This document shows positions 32,813 to 43,476 of a stretch of 64,000 bases of DNA, one piece after another (the first letter of the stretch is position 1; every line of letters starts with the position of its first letter). The DNA comes from Gammaproteobacteria bacterium. Lineage in GTDB: Bacteria > Pseudomonadota > Gammaproteobacteria > CAJXQU01. Location: contig CBDEGZ010000003.1 of assembly GCA_965238175.1 (NCBI GenBank), positions 2,496,001 through 2,560,000 on the forward strand. The letters run 5' to 3'. The notes beneath the pieces were generated by a model that worked only from the letters and a program-made list of their open reading frames with translations, was not told the DNA's origin and did not search any database. A program made the position numbers and the translations under genes.

Positions 32813-33010
32813 ATGGAAAATAGTGCTGAATATACAAAGTCAACAACCACTCAAGACGAGATCATAAAACGTCTTTTTCGATACCGAGACATGAATGATT
32901 TCTACCGTCGAGCGAAAGATTACGGTGAATCTAACGAGTTTGAAATACAGGCTTTTGAAATTGAAAAAAACCACTTCTTAAAGTTGCATGATCTAGAAGG
33001 TGTTTATTGA
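32813..33010 (+). CDS. Small hypothetical protein
   Basis: ORF MENSAEYTKS...LEGVY; no recognised motif. Confidence 0.35.
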   Translation: MENSAEYTKSTTTQDEIIKRLFRYRDMNDFYRRAKDYGESNEFEIQAFEIEKNHFLKLHDLEGVY

Positions 33011-33592
33011 TCTCTAGTTAGTGAGTCAAACCTGTCTTACAATATTTATTTCTAGACAAATCAAAAAAAATATAAAACCTTAGCGGCTACATCAGCCGCT
33101 AAGTTGTCCTTACCTTATTGTAATAATTAAACGACTACATTGATCGTTTTACCATCACTAGGATCAGTCTATAGAAGTGGTTGAAATGCTTCTTGAGCGA
33201 CTGACATATATCCTTAGCTTTCTGTTTATTTTAATATCAGCCTTAGCTTCTGGTGCGATTTGAGATGTAGCAGGTTTTGCTTGCACAGCTTGGGTACTAC
33301 CAGCGCTTGTAGAACTGACATCCATATCGGTATCCTTTTTATTTTCAGAAATTATTTGATAACAAAATGAATAATTCCTCAGTGTGTTTTCTCACATGTC
33401 ATCAATTAACCTAAATTAACTTTTGTGAGAGCTTATAATTGATTTGGAATACATTTTTGATCTTAATCATTTCTAATTCGACAGAATATTCGTGAATCAG
33501 CCTTATCAAACAAAGCACAGACTGTGTATAATGGCGCGTTTTTTGAGAGCTTTAAACTATTTAAGCTCTGACAATCCCCACAGGAAAATACC

Positions 33593-35188
33593 TTGCTAAC
33601 AACTGCTAATGTCACGATGCAATTCGGCGCTAAACCGCTTTTTGAAAATGTCTCTGTTAAGTTTGGAGAGGGTAATCGTTATGGTTTGATCGGTGCGAAT
33701 GGTTGCGGAAAATCGACTTTTATGAAGATCCTTTCTGGTGAATTGGAGGCAAGTTCTGGCAACGTCAGTATCGATTCGAATGAATCATTCGCGGTGTTGA
33801 AACAAGATCAGTTTGCTTACGAAGATCAACGTGTCATTGATGTGGTAATTATGGGCAATCCAAAATTATGGGAAGTCCATAAAGAACGCGATCGTATCTA
33901 TAACCTGCCAGAAATGTCTGATGAAGAAGGCATGAAAGTGGCCGAACTAGAAGTTGAATATGCGGAAATGGATGGTTATACCGCGGAATCTCGTGCAGGT
34001 GAGTTGTTACTTGGTGTTGGGATCCCGACAGAACAACACTATGGCCCAATGAGTGAGATCGCACCGGGCTGGAAATTACGTATTTTATTGACGCAGGTGT
34101 TATTTGCCGATCCGGATATTTTGTTACTCGACGAACCAACCAATCATCTAGATATTAATACTATCCGTTGGTTGGAGGATATTATCAATCAACGAAACAG
34201 CACCATAATTATCATCTCGCATGATCGACATTTCTTGAACAGTGTTTGTACACATATGGCCGATATGGATTTCGGTGAGCTGCGCGTTTACCCTGGAAAT
34301 TACGATGCTTATATGTTGGCATCTACACAAGTACGACAACGACAACTGGCAGATAACGCTAAAAAGAAAGATCAGATAAAAGAATTACAAGATTTCGTTG
34401 CACGTTTTTCTGCTAATGCTTCAAAAGCAAAACAAGCGACTTCAAGAGCCAGGCAAATCGAGAAGATCGAGCTTGATGATATAAAACCGTCCAGCCGTGT
34501 TAACCCTTACATTCGATTTGAACAAGAAAAGAAATTATTTAGAAATGCATTGGAAGTTGAAAACCTTAGCCAATCTTATGATGATAATGAACCATTGTTT
34601 AAGGGCTTAAGTTTTATGACTGAAGTCGGCGAACGGATCGCAATTATTGGACCTAACGGGATTGGTAAATCCACCTTCGTCAAAACTTTATTTGGTGAGA
34701 TACCGAGTAAGACAGGATCGATCAAATGGTCTGAAAATTCTAACATTGGTTATTACGCACAAGATCATGAACACTTCTTCGAAGCGGATATCAGTTTGTA
34801 TGACTGGATGGCACAATGGGGTTCTCCTGAAGATGATGAACAGGTTATTCGAGGCACACTCGGTCGTCTCTTATTCTCAGGAAAGATGATCGATAAGAAA
34901 GTAAATGTCCTTTCCGGTGGGGAAAAAGGACGAATGATGTTTGGTAAATTAATTCTACAAAAGCCGAATATGTTGATCATGGATGAACCAACTAACCATA
35001 TGGACATGGAATCAATTGAATCGCTTAACATGGCTTTGGAACAATATGAAGGTACTTTATTTTTCGTCAGTCATGACCGCGAGTTTGTTGGATCATTAGC
35101 AACTCGTATCTTTGATATGAGAGAAGATGGGTTTGTAGATTTTGCCGGCACGTATGAAGAGTATCTTGCAAGCCAGGGAATTAATTAA
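33593..35188 (+). CDS. ybiT: ABC-F family ATPase YbiT
   Basis: Two ABC domains ([18 protein letters not shown]), [10 protein letters not shown], no TM segments; [17 protein letters not shown] start typical of YbiT. Confidence 0.92.
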   Translation: MLTTANVTMQFGAKPLFENVSVKFGEGNRYGLIGANGCGKSTFMKILSGELEASSGNVSIDSNESFAVLKQDQFAYEDQRVIDVVIMGNPKLWEVHKERDRIYNLPEMSDEEGMKVAELEVEYAEMDGYTAESRAGELLLGVGIPTEQHYGPMSEIAPGWKLRILLTQVLFADPDILLLDEPTNHLDINTIRWLEDIINQRNSTIIIISHDRHFLNSVCTHMADMDFGELRVYPGNYDAYMLASTQVRQRQLADNAKKKDQIKELQDFVARFSANASKAKQATSRARQIEKIELDDIKPSSRVNPYIRFEQEKKLFRNALEVENLSQSYDDNEPLFKGLSFMTEVGERIAIIGPNGIGKSTFVKTLFGEIPSKTGSIKWSENSNIGYYAQDHEHFFEADISLYDWMAQWGSPEDDEQVIRGTLGRLLFSGKMIDKKVNVLSGGEKGRMMFGKLILQKPNMLIMDEPTNHMDMESIESLNMALEQYEGTLFFVSHDREFVGSLATRIFDMREDGFVDFAGTYEEYLASQGIN

Positions 35189-35332
35189 GAGTACACGGGA
35201 TAAGGATTTTTCCGTACTGTTTACACTCTCGTAATCACATTCGATCACTGTAGTTAATTAAATTTGCATACAACACTTATCTGTTATTTTACCCTTGCTT
35301 TATCCCAAATTAACTTATCTAAATAAAATCTA

Positions 35333-35370
35333 CGTGGGTGAACCATATACATGGAAAAAATCCACCCACG
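35333..35370. terminator. Hairpin downstream of the spondin gene
   Basis: CGTGGGTG...CACCCACG stem between convergent genes. Confidence 0.5.
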
Positions 35371-35379
35371 CGAACTTAG

Positions 35380-36042
35380 TTATCTATTTCTTCGAACTCG
35401 TTTAATTGTGAACGAAGCAACCGGATTACGCCAATCAAAACTTGAATCCAAGTCACCAATACCTTGAATACCAGGATGAACATAAACATATCCTTCACCC
35501 GCTATATCAGAAGCTTTGAACTCGTTACCACAAGGCGGTCCTGGAATGTATGCACATGTTTCGTCGTTATTTTCAGCACCTGCATCATATGCAACTACTC
35601 GAAAATTTTGTGTGCGTCCACGCAGCCTAATTCCATTAAGAGCGACGAATGCATCGTTACTTGTTACGAGCATTGCAGCTGCAGTCAGATATCTTGCTCT
35701 GTGTGTAGAAACTTCGATTACGACTGTTTCACCCGGTAAAATAGGTCCTTCAGAAACAACAACTTCTCTACTATCAGGCGCATTTTCAAGTAAGCTAACC
35801 AGACTTGCATTATCTGCGTCTTGCGCTACCGCAGCTAATTCTGGAGAGACTTCAGCACCCAAGGTAAAAAGTGAAAAACGTTTTTTATGAGTAGAAAATA
35901 CCATTGGTGACATTATCTGTGACTTAGTTAAATTTGTTACAGAAATCTCATAAACATTGTGGCCACTTGATGCATTCAAGCTTGCAATGGAACTGAGTGA
36001 AATCCCAATACCAAATGCTATACTTTTAATAAATTTGTTCAT
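35380..36042 (-). CDS. Secreted spondin-domain protein
   Basis: Signal peptide, VTNLTKSQIMSP, MLVTSNDAF, YDAGAENNDE and VYVHPGIQG motifs. Confidence 0.88.
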   Translation of the reverse strand: MNKFIKSIAFGIGISLSSIASLNASSGHNVYEISVTNLTKSQIMSPMVFSTHKKRFSLFTLGAEVSPELAAVAQDADNASLVSLLENAPDSREVVVSEGPILPGETVVIEVSTHRARYLTAAAMLVTSNDAFVALNGIRLRGRTQNFRVVAYDAGAENNDETCAYIPGPPCGNEFKASDIAGEGYVYVHPGIQGIGDLDSSFDWRNPVASFTIKRVRRNR

Positions 36043-36120
36043 TTTTATCTCTCCAAAATTAGATAATTAATTTATGAACAGCGAAAGTTCGCCATATCAC
36101 ATGGAAAGAATAATGTACAG

Positions 36121-36162
36121 ATATCACACGCTACTCACACAAATATCACATTTTTATCACAG
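36121..36162. promoter_or_regulatory. Four TCACA direct repeats at 11-bp spacing; putative OmpR-family binding array
   Basis: TCACA at 36124, 36135, 36146 and 36157, upstream of the spondin gene and next to an OmpR-type two-component pair. Confidence 0.65.
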
Positions 36163-36170
36163 CAGCTAAA

Positions 36171-37640
36171 TTAAGTGACAATAGGCAGGCGAAAGGAAAA
36201 GCTTGAGCCTTGATTAAGATTACTAACGACATTTATTTGACCATTATGCAATTCGACAATTCTTTTAACAATAGCCAGACCCAGACCAGACTGTCCTTGC
36301 TTCGTTCTGCTTTTTTCTTGTTGATAAAAACGATCAAAAATATACGGTAAATCTTTCTCGGGTATCCCATAACCCGTGTCATTAATTTCTATTGTAATTT
36401 GACCTTCGTTCGAAACTAGCTCGATTGAAATTGCACCACCTTTTGGAGTATTTTTTAAGGCATTATCAAGCAAGTTTTCAAGGGCACGCTCAATAAGACC
36501 TATATCAGCATTGACCAATGGTAAGATATTCTGAATATTAGCTGAAAGAATTATTTCTTTATTATGAGCTAACAGTTGAAATTTCTGCAGAATATCTTGT
36601 ACCAGTTCAGATAAATTAAAAGGTTCATTTACAGGTTTTACTTCTTGTGCATCAAATTTCGCAAGATCAAATAATTGCCCAACAAGTTTGTTCAGGTTAC
36701 TACAATGTTTTAATGCCGTTTCTAAGTAACTCTTCCGTTCTTCAGGAGTAAACTTTTCATCCTTTATTGTTAGCATCTCTATATATCCCTGAAGAGTTGC
36801 TAGTGGTGTTCTCAAATCGTGTGATACATTTGCCACCAATTCTCGCCGAAGATTATCAGTTGATTTTAATTGTTCAACTTGCTGTTGAATGGTGTCAGCC
36901 ATTTCATAAAAAGATCGTGAAAGTTCATCAATCTCATCACCATGAGATTTGTAATAAATACCCGGCAATGAATCAAAACCAACACCTTTTTCATAAGCAT
37001 CCATGGACTCTGAAATATTTTTCAAACGATTAGTCAACCATTTAAAAAATGAGAACCCTGTAAGTAACGAGAAGAGTAATCCTGAAAGTAAAACGTAGAG
37101 GCTGAGTTTGAGAATATAGCTGCCCGAGACAAGCTCCATAACATTATCAACTTGCTCACCGCCCAGAATTATATACAGATAACCCGATATTTGATCACCA
37201 TTTTTTATTGGTGCAACAGAGAAAACTTTTTTACGTTCGTAACCTCTTGGATCATCGCCCATTAAGGGAAAAGTAAATTGCCCATTTAGAAATTGTTTAA
37301 TTGGATTAAGACCGACTTGTTTCAACTTCACTGAACCAGCGGGTGCTGAATATTCCATAATCTTTCCATTCGTATTGAGTAGATATAATTCTATGCTGGG
37401 GTTTAGAATCATTATTTGATCAAAAAGATATTTTAACTCTTGATGATTTATACTCTGATCGGTTAACAAATTTGTTTCTTTAACAATATGCTCTGCAACA
37501 CCTCGATTCAATTTTTGATTAACTTCTTCTTGATACATTTTCGAAGAAAAAATTGTTGTGTAAACGACTAAAATCCCAATCAGGCAAAACAGTACAAGCA
37601 AACTCAGAGTGATTTTTTTTTGTAATGAGTTACTCAACAT
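36171..37640 (-). CDS. HAMP-domain sensor histidine kinase
   Basis: Two TM helices, ANVSHDLRTP H-box, N/G1/G2 boxes. Confidence 0.95.
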   Translation of the reverse strand: MLSNSLQKKITLSLLVLFCLIGILVVYTTIFSSKMYQEEVNQKLNRGVAEHIVKETNLLTDQSINHQELKYLFDQIMILNPSIELYLLNTNGKIMEYSAPAGSVKLKQVGLNPIKQFLNGQFTFPLMGDDPRGYERKKVFSVAPIKNGDQISGYLYIILGGEQVDNVMELVSGSYILKLSLYVLLSGLLFSLLTGFSFFKWLTNRLKNISESMDAYEKGVGFDSLPGIYYKSHGDEIDELSRSFYEMADTIQQQVEQLKSTDNLRRELVANVSHDLRTPLATLQGYIEMLTIKDEKFTPEERKSYLETALKHCSNLNKLVGQLFDLAKFDAQEVKPVNEPFNLSELVQDILQKFQLLAHNKEIILSANIQNILPLVNADIGLIERALENLLDNALKNTPKGGAISIELVSNEGQITIEINDTGYGIPEKDLPYIFDRFYQQEKSRTKQGQSGLGLAIVKRIVELHNGQINVVSNLNQGSSFSFRLPIVT

Positions 37641-38328
37641 AACGATAACCTATTCCCCAAACAGTCTCGATATAATCTGGATCGCCAGGATCGTTTTCAA
37701 TCTTTACACGCAAGCGGTTTATATGTGAGTTAACCGTATGTTCATAACCGCTATAACTATAACCCCAAACTTGATCAAGTAGCTGTGTACGCGAAAAAAC
37801 TTTACCTGGAGATTTTGCAAAGTAGGTCAGTAAATCAAACTCACGAGCGGTTAAATCGATCTGTTTTTCTTTAATTGACACCAGTCTTTTTTCCAGGTCA
37901 ATTAGCATATTTTTTCTTTTTATTAAGCTAGTGTTATTTTGTTCATCTGACATTTCGACCACCCTCATTCTTCTAAGAATAGCTTTTATACGCGCCATTA
38001 ATTCCTGAACACTGAATGGTTTGACAACATAATCATCTGCACCTGATTCTAACCCCAAAATACGATCTATTTCTAAGGACTTTGAAGTTAGCATCAAAAT
38101 CGGCGTGTAGTTCTTATGCGCGCGCAATTGTTGGCAAATTTTCATACCGTCTAGCCCAGGTAACATAAGGTCTAGAACAACCAGGTTATAGTCATTTTCT
38201 GTTGCTAGTCTTAACCCTGTCACCCCATCAAGTGCAATTTGAACATCATATGAGAGATCTCTTAAATTGAGAGCGACTAACTTTGCAAGATCTTCACTAT
38301 CTTCAATGATTAAAATTTTTTCAGTCAA
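37630..38328 (-). CDS. OmpR-family response regulator
   Basis: LDLMLPG, GADDYVVKPF and HINRLRVKIE...TVWGIGY motifs. Confidence 0.96.
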   Translation of the reverse strand: MTEKILIIEDSEDLAKLVALNLRDLSYDVQIALDGVTGLRLATENDYNLVVLDLMLPGLDGMKICQQLRAHKNYTPILMLTSKSLEIDRILGLESGADDYVVKPFSVQELMARIKAILRRMRVVEMSDEQNNTSLIKRKNMLIDLEKRLVSIKEKQIDLTAREFDLLTYFAKSPGKVFSRTQLLDQVWGYSYSGYEHTVNSHINRLRVKIENDPGDPDYIETVWGIGYRYVE

Positions 38329-38632
38329 CGTCTCTCACTCCAAAAGATGTGACAGCACTGCACAAGGTATCAATAAACTGTCACAAAAATATTAGGCTCA
38401 TTTAAGAAGGTATATGGGAAAGTTTATTAGGTGTCTATTATTAAAGGTATATTTGTTCCGCAATGGTATGAAAAACTACCTTAAAAGTAGTCATAAGTCA
38501 TTAATTATCAGGAGAGGAAACAATTCTTTATGTTGCAAAGATTTTGGGGAAACACCTGAGTGCTACTGATTTCTATAAAGATCAGCTTGTGACAACGGTT
38601 TTATTTTTGGAAATGTGAGGTATAGAAAAATA

Positions 38633-38667
38633 CAAAACCAGGTATGCATTTGCAATACATACCTGGT
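38633..38667 (-). terminator. Rho-independent terminator
   Basis: ACCAGGTATG...CATACCTGGT stem followed by TTT on the minus strand. Confidence 0.7.
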
Positions 38668-38685
38668 ATACGACTTACGTTCGAT

Positions 38686-39012
38686 TTATTCTACGTTTGC
38701 ACCTACAACGGCTGCCATCTGCATCATATTGATGGTCTGACCTTCTTGCATCTGTGTAAGATCGGTAACCTTACCCGACTTACTTGTAGATTTTGTGTTT
38801 TTAAAGACTGAAAGTAATTTAGCATCAGCTACAATGTACTTGCCTGCGTTTTCGGGCTTTCCATTCTCCGATTTTGTTTGGAGACCGCTAGATTTTATGT
38901 AATCCCAGAGTTTTTTTGTTATCTCTGTTCTTGGAAGTTCTTTTTCTCCCAAAAATGCTGCCAATTCACTTTTTAATTTTACTGGTTTTGCCAAGCCCTT
39001 TGCTTCTGCCAT
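38686..39012 (-). CDS. Stand-alone SWIB/MDM2-like domain protein
   Basis: PVKLKSELAAFLG..LPRTEITKKLWDYIK..GLQ...IVADAKL matches the SWIB pattern. Confidence 0.8.
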   Translation of the reverse strand: MAEAKGLAKPVKLKSELAAFLGEKELPRTEITKKLWDYIKSSGLQTKSENGKPENAGKYIVADAKLLSVFKNTKSTSKSGKVTDLTQMQEGQTINMMQMAAVVGANVE

Positions 39013-39304
39013 TTTTTACCCCTCAAGCGATAAATAGTTTTAGTGAAGTTATCGTTAATTCCCGGTATAGATATATGCCCGAATTAACGGCAGCAATTGT
39101 ATGCCAGCTTGGCGCTAACTACTATAGGTAAGTATTACTAAGTGTTACGTATGATCTACAAATATAAACTTACAGCACTATCCTAAAGTAAACTTTAAGA
39201 ACTATACAGATCAAAACACGGATATTTGGCATGGATCAATACTACTTTGTTTGTAAAGTCTATAGTAACCTCATACCTTACACTTATTTTAAGATAATCT
39301 TAGA

Positions 39305-39347
39305 GGCTGAAAGTAGACTAACAGCTAGTCTTAGTCTACTTTCAGCC
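39305..39347. terminator. 17-bp perfect hairpin downstream of tal
   Basis: GGCTGAAAGTAGACTAA-N9-TTAGTCTACTTTCAGCC. Confidence 0.6.
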
Positions 39348-39360
39348 CCTAAAAAATAAC

Positions 39361-40338
39361 CTATAGCATACTAAGCAAACAAATTTCTAACTTAATTTGA
39401 TCTGCAGCAAAGTTACGAATGCCTTCAGCCGTTTTCTCAGTAGCCATCGCATCTTCATTCATTTGCCAACGAAATTGTTGCTCCGTTAACTTTTGATCGA
39501 GTGATTGGCTAACGCCATTATCAACAAGTTTTACCTCAACGGCTTGAGCGGTCTCGGCTAGCTCTTCAAGAAAATTCGGGCCTATCGTTAAACGATCGCA
39601 GCCGGCCAATTCAATAATTTCACCAACGTTACGGAAACTTGCGCCCATCACCACTGTTTTGTAACCATGGGACTTATAATAGTTATAAATCTTAGTAACT
39701 GAAACAACACCCGGATCCTCTGATGCTGCATATTCTGTTCTACCTGTACTCGCCTTATACCAATCTAAAATTCGACCAACAAAGGGTGAGATCAAAAAAG
39801 CATTCACTTCAGCGCATGCTCTTGCCTGAACAAAACTAAATAGCAAAGTAAGATTGCAATTAATCCCTTCTTTTTCGAGCACTTCAGCCGCCTTGATCCC
39901 TTCCCAGGTGGATGCAATTTTGATCAAAACACGATCCTTATCAACGCCAACTTGCTGATATAAATCGATCAAACGATGCGCCTTAGCGATCGTTTCCTCA
40001 GTATTAAAAGATAACCGTGCATCTACTTCTGTCGAAACACGCCCCGGTATAATTTTGACAATCTCAGCACCAATCGCAACAGCCAGTTTATCCCCAGCAT
40101 CGATAACTTGTTGCGCCTGATCGGAAGACTGTTGTTTCGCCCATTCAACAGATTCTGAAACTAGCGATTGATATTGATCCATTGCAGAAGCTTTAAGCAA
40201 TAAGGATGGATTAGTCGTCGCATCGACTGGTTGATATTTTCGTATCGCTTCGATATCACCAGTATCGGCCACAACCGTTGTTAATGCTTTTAGACTCTCT
40301 AGTTGACTCTCTAGTTGACTCGCTAGTGAATTGGTCAT
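39361..40338 (-). CDS. tal: Transaldolase
   Basis: [25 protein letters not shown] and NLTLLFS motifs. Confidence 0.98.
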   Translation of the reverse strand: MTNSLASQLESQLESLKALTTVVADTGDIEAIRKYQPVDATTNPSLLLKASAMDQYQSLVSESVEWAKQQSSDQAQQVIDAGDKLAVAIGAEIVKIIPGRVSTEVDARLSFNTEETIAKAHRLIDLYQQVGVDKDRVLIKIASTWEGIKAAEVLEKEGINCNLTLLFSFVQARACAEVNAFLISPFVGRILDWYKASTGRTEYAASEDPGVVSVTKIYNYYKSHGYKTVVMGASFRNVGEIIELAGCDRLTIGPNFLEELAETAQAVEVKLVDNGVSQSLDQKLTEQQFRWQMNEDAMATEKTAEGIRNFAADQIKLEICLLSML

Positions 40339-40526
40339 ATTGATCTCTTTGTGAAAATTTCGGGCGAATTTACCAGACTTTGATCACAGCCACCATAAAC
40401 AGAATGTAATAGCTTGTGTTTATTCAGCTTAAAAGCAAATTAGAAGTTGCCAGATGAAGGTAAGATAATTACGGTTACGCCCTGCTAAATTTTTGAATTA
40501 CTGTGGATAACCTGGTTAAAAAAAAA

Positions 40527-42224
40527 TCAGATCCGCTTATATTCTCGGTATTCCGGTGCCCAAAAGTTCTCATCGATTGCACTTTCCAATGCTTCCTTAG
40601 CTATCATAGGCGCAACGCCCTCTTCCATCGCCTGTAATCCTATCTGTAAAGCAATCATGCGACTGACAGTAGAGATCTCTGACAACTCGGGTAATAATGT
40701 ATCACCGCTACCATTCACCAATGGCGAACATGCTGCTAATGTTTCACTGGCGACCATAAACATGGTTTCGGTAACTCGATTAGCACCACTGGCAATGACA
40801 CCAAGACCAATACCGGGGAAAATGTAACTATTATTACATTGTGCGATGGAATATGAATTCTCTTGATATTTTACCGCCTCAAACGGACTACCTGTTGCAA
40901 CAATGGCATTTCCCTCTGTCCATTCGATAACATCTTTTGGCTGTGCTTCAACTTGAGATGTCGGATTCGATAAAGGTAATACGATCGGGTTAGAACAAGC
41001 TCCAACCATCGTTTTGATCACAGATTCACTCATCAAACCGGCAACCCCAGAAACCCCGATAATTATCGTTGGTTTAATCTCCCTGACCGAATCGAGCAAA
41101 CTTATCTGCTCACCATCACTGCTCCAGCCTTCGTAGCATGATTTCGGCTTAACAAATTTCTTCTGAAAATCACGCAATGACTGATCGTCTGTTAACAAGC
41201 CTCTACTATCAACAAGAAAAACCTGATCTAATGCCTGAGCTTCGCTTAACCCTTCTTTTTGCATGTGCATTAATATCTGCTGTGCGATACCACAACCAGC
41301 AGAACCTGCACCAACAAAAACAATGCGATGATCCTTAAGCGATGTCTTCAACACATGACAAGCGGCAAGCAAAGTGCCTACTGTCACGGCAGCAGTACCC
41401 TGAATATCATCATTGAAACAACAAAATTGATCACGATACTTAGTTAATAATGGTGTAGCATTAGTTTGAGCAAAATCTTCAAACTGGATCAATGCGTTCG
41501 GCCATCGTCGCTGTAAACCTTGAAGAAATTGATCAACAAATTCTGAATATTCCTGACCAACAATTCGTTTATGCCGCCAGCCCATGTATAAAGGGTCATC
41601 AAGTAATGCTTGATTATTTGTACCAACATCCAATGTCACCGGTAAGGTATATGCTGGGCTTATTCCTCCACAAGCCGAATATAAAGCCAGCTTGCCGATA
41701 GGAATACCCATGCCACCTATACCTTGATCTCCCAAACCAAGAATTCGTTCACTATCGGTAACTACAATGACTTTGACATTATCCTTAGTCGCGCTTTGAA
41801 TCATCTGGTTGATTCGTTCACGATCAGGATAAGCGATAAATAAACCTCTTTTACACCGATATATTTGGGAAAATTTTTGACAAGCTAAACCCACCGTCGG
41901 GGTATAAATAATCGGCATCATCTCTTCAAGATGATCAGTGATTAGTTTGAAATAAAGAGTTTCATTGGTATCTTGAATGTTGCGTAAAAAAACATGTTTT
42001 TCCAGATCTTCTCGAAAACTGGAAAATTGTTGATAAGCACGGCTTGATTGTTCTTCAATCGATTCTATAGCAAGGGGTAGTAGACCTTCGATATCAAAAA
42101 CACGCCTTTCTTCGGCACTAAAAGCATTACCTTTATTCAACAAGGACATTTCTAGTAATTCTGGGCCTGAATATCGAATTTCAAGTGGTCGTCTGGTTTT
42201 ATTCTGTTTACTCAGTTTTTCCAT
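40527..42224 (-). CDS. maeA: NAD-dependent malic enzyme
   Basis: [22 protein letters not shown] and GAGSAG motifs. Confidence 0.97.
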   Translation of the reverse strand: MEKLSKQNKTRRPLEIRYSGPELLEMSLLNKGNAFSAEERRVFDIEGLLPLAIESIEEQSSRAYQQFSSFREDLEKHVFLRNIQDTNETLYFKLITDHLEEMMPIIYTPTVGLACQKFSQIYRCKRGLFIAYPDRERINQMIQSATKDNVKVIVVTDSERILGLGDQGIGGMGIPIGKLALYSACGGISPAYTLPVTLDVGTNNQALLDDPLYMGWRHKRIVGQEYSEFVDQFLQGLQRRWPNALIQFEDFAQTNATPLLTKYRDQFCCFNDDIQGTAAVTVGTLLAACHVLKTSLKDHRIVFVGAGSAGCGIAQQILMHMQKEGLSEAQALDQVFLVDSRGLLTDDQSLRDFQKKFVKPKSCYEGWSSDGEQISLLDSVREIKPTIIIGVSGVAGLMSESVIKTMVGACSNPIVLPLSNPTSQVEAQPKDVIEWTEGNAIVATGSPFEAVKYQENSYSIAQCNNSYIFPGIGLGVIASGANRVTETMFMVASETLAACSPLVNGSGDTLLPELSEISTVSRMIALQIGLQAMEEGVAPMIAKEALESAIDENFWAPEYREYKRI

Positions 42225-42310
42225 CGAATACCTGCTTTGTTAGGATTTTATAGGTTTGTCTTACTCCCTTCTTCCATTGCATGCATAAACTCGCCGAAAG
42301 CTTTTCCCAC

Positions 42311-42925
42311 TTATTCAGGCGTCATATCATTAATATCTTCCGTGGAGCGACCCATTTGCCCCTCATAATTACTCATATTCTGCTGCATATTACGTGCCGT
42401 GTTTTCACTGTTAACATTCACCACTACACCAAAAAATGCAAGAATTCCGAAGGTAATCATTGCTTTTTTTTGATCAAGCTTATGTGCTTCAATACTAGCG
42501 ATATACATTAAATACATCACCCAAAGAGCACCTATGATTGTTCCAAGGTATGGTATTACAGAAACAAGCGCCATAATGGGTGCGAGAGCCATTGAGTAGG
42601 CGACACAACGATAAGCTGTTTCGTAACCATGACTTGAGCCCATTAACTTCCAGATCAAATACATAAACCCAGCAGAAATAAAACTTCCGATCAACATAAT
42701 AATTGGTAAAACGATCAGACCAGTTAGACCAAGGTGTTCTCCTCCAAAAAGAGAAAACACCATAAAAACAACAGCCACAATGAACGCTAAGACAACAACG
42801 AAAATCACTGGCTCTAAAAAACCGCCAGACGTTGGCATATTGCGGTAAAAGTTGACGGGGTTTGTAATCACAGACTTAGCATCTTCGATCACTTTTCCAT
42901 GATTAAATGATGATGAATTTTCCAT
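42311..42925 (-). CDS. YIP1-family membrane protein (possibly prematurely terminated; frame continues to 42248)
   Basis: NPVNFYRNMP..GG..EP, multiple TM helices, YETAYRCVAYS. Confidence 0.75.
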   Translation of the reverse strand: MENSSSFNHGKVIEDAKSVITNPVNFYRNMPTSGGFLEPVIFVVVLAFIVAVVFMVFSLFGGEHLGLTGLIVLPIIMLIGSFISAGFMYLIWKLMGSSHGYETAYRCVAYSMALAPIMALVSVIPYLGTIIGALWVMYLMYIASIEAHKLDQKKAMITFGILAFFGVVVNVNSENTARNMQQNMSNYEGQMGRSTEDINDMTPE

Positions 42926-42995
42926 AGAGTTACCCTTTATATTATTGTTTTAGGTTTGCAGATCTTTATCTTTAATTTCCTCCGACTTTTACTTC

Positions 42996-43418
42996 CTAAC
43001 TTACATGATATGCCCATTCCCAATAGATCAAAAACAAGCCTGTCATAAGCATGGCAACAGCTTGCCAGCTCAATCCACTCATCAGTAAAAATCCGGCAAT
43101 AACGGATAGCCCTAAACCAAGGAAATAAAGCGTGGGGCCTGGGATCAGGTCAAATTGCTTACGCCGTAATGCCGAAACGATCAAACTCAATCCTGTGATT
43201 ACTGTACAAACTGTAACCAACAACCATAAACCTTGGTAGATCAGGCTAGCGTACGTGTATGGGGAACTGGTGGTATTAAATTCAGAAAATACAGTATTAA
43301 GGATTTGCCATGAAGGTTGTAATCCAAATATACCTATAACAAGAATGATGGCTCCGATAATAAAGATTACCGTACTTCGTACCTTTGAGCTTTTATCTAG
43401 GGCCTGTTCAGAATACAT
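42996..43418 (-). CDS. Hypothetical multi-pass membrane protein
   Basis: Four hydrophobic segments. Start MYSEQ at 43418 with GAGGGG RBS avoids overlap with the divergent gene. Confidence 0.7.
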   Translation of the reverse strand: MYSEQALDKSSKVRSTVIFIIGAIILVIGIFGLQPSWQILNTVFSEFNTTSSPYTYASLIYQGLWLLVTVCTVITGLSLIVSALRRKQFDLIPGPTLYFLGLGLSVIAGFLLMSGLSWQAVAMLMTGLFLIYWEWAYHVS

Positions 43419-43476
43419 TTCTAATCCCCTCGGATTTTGATTATTCTTATGGCTCAAGATAATAAACGGAACTGAT

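Noticed and set aside
40293-40328. 12-bp tandem repeat at the tal 5' end (SQLESQLES)
   Set aside because: In-frame micro-duplication in a variable N-terminus with no evident consequence.
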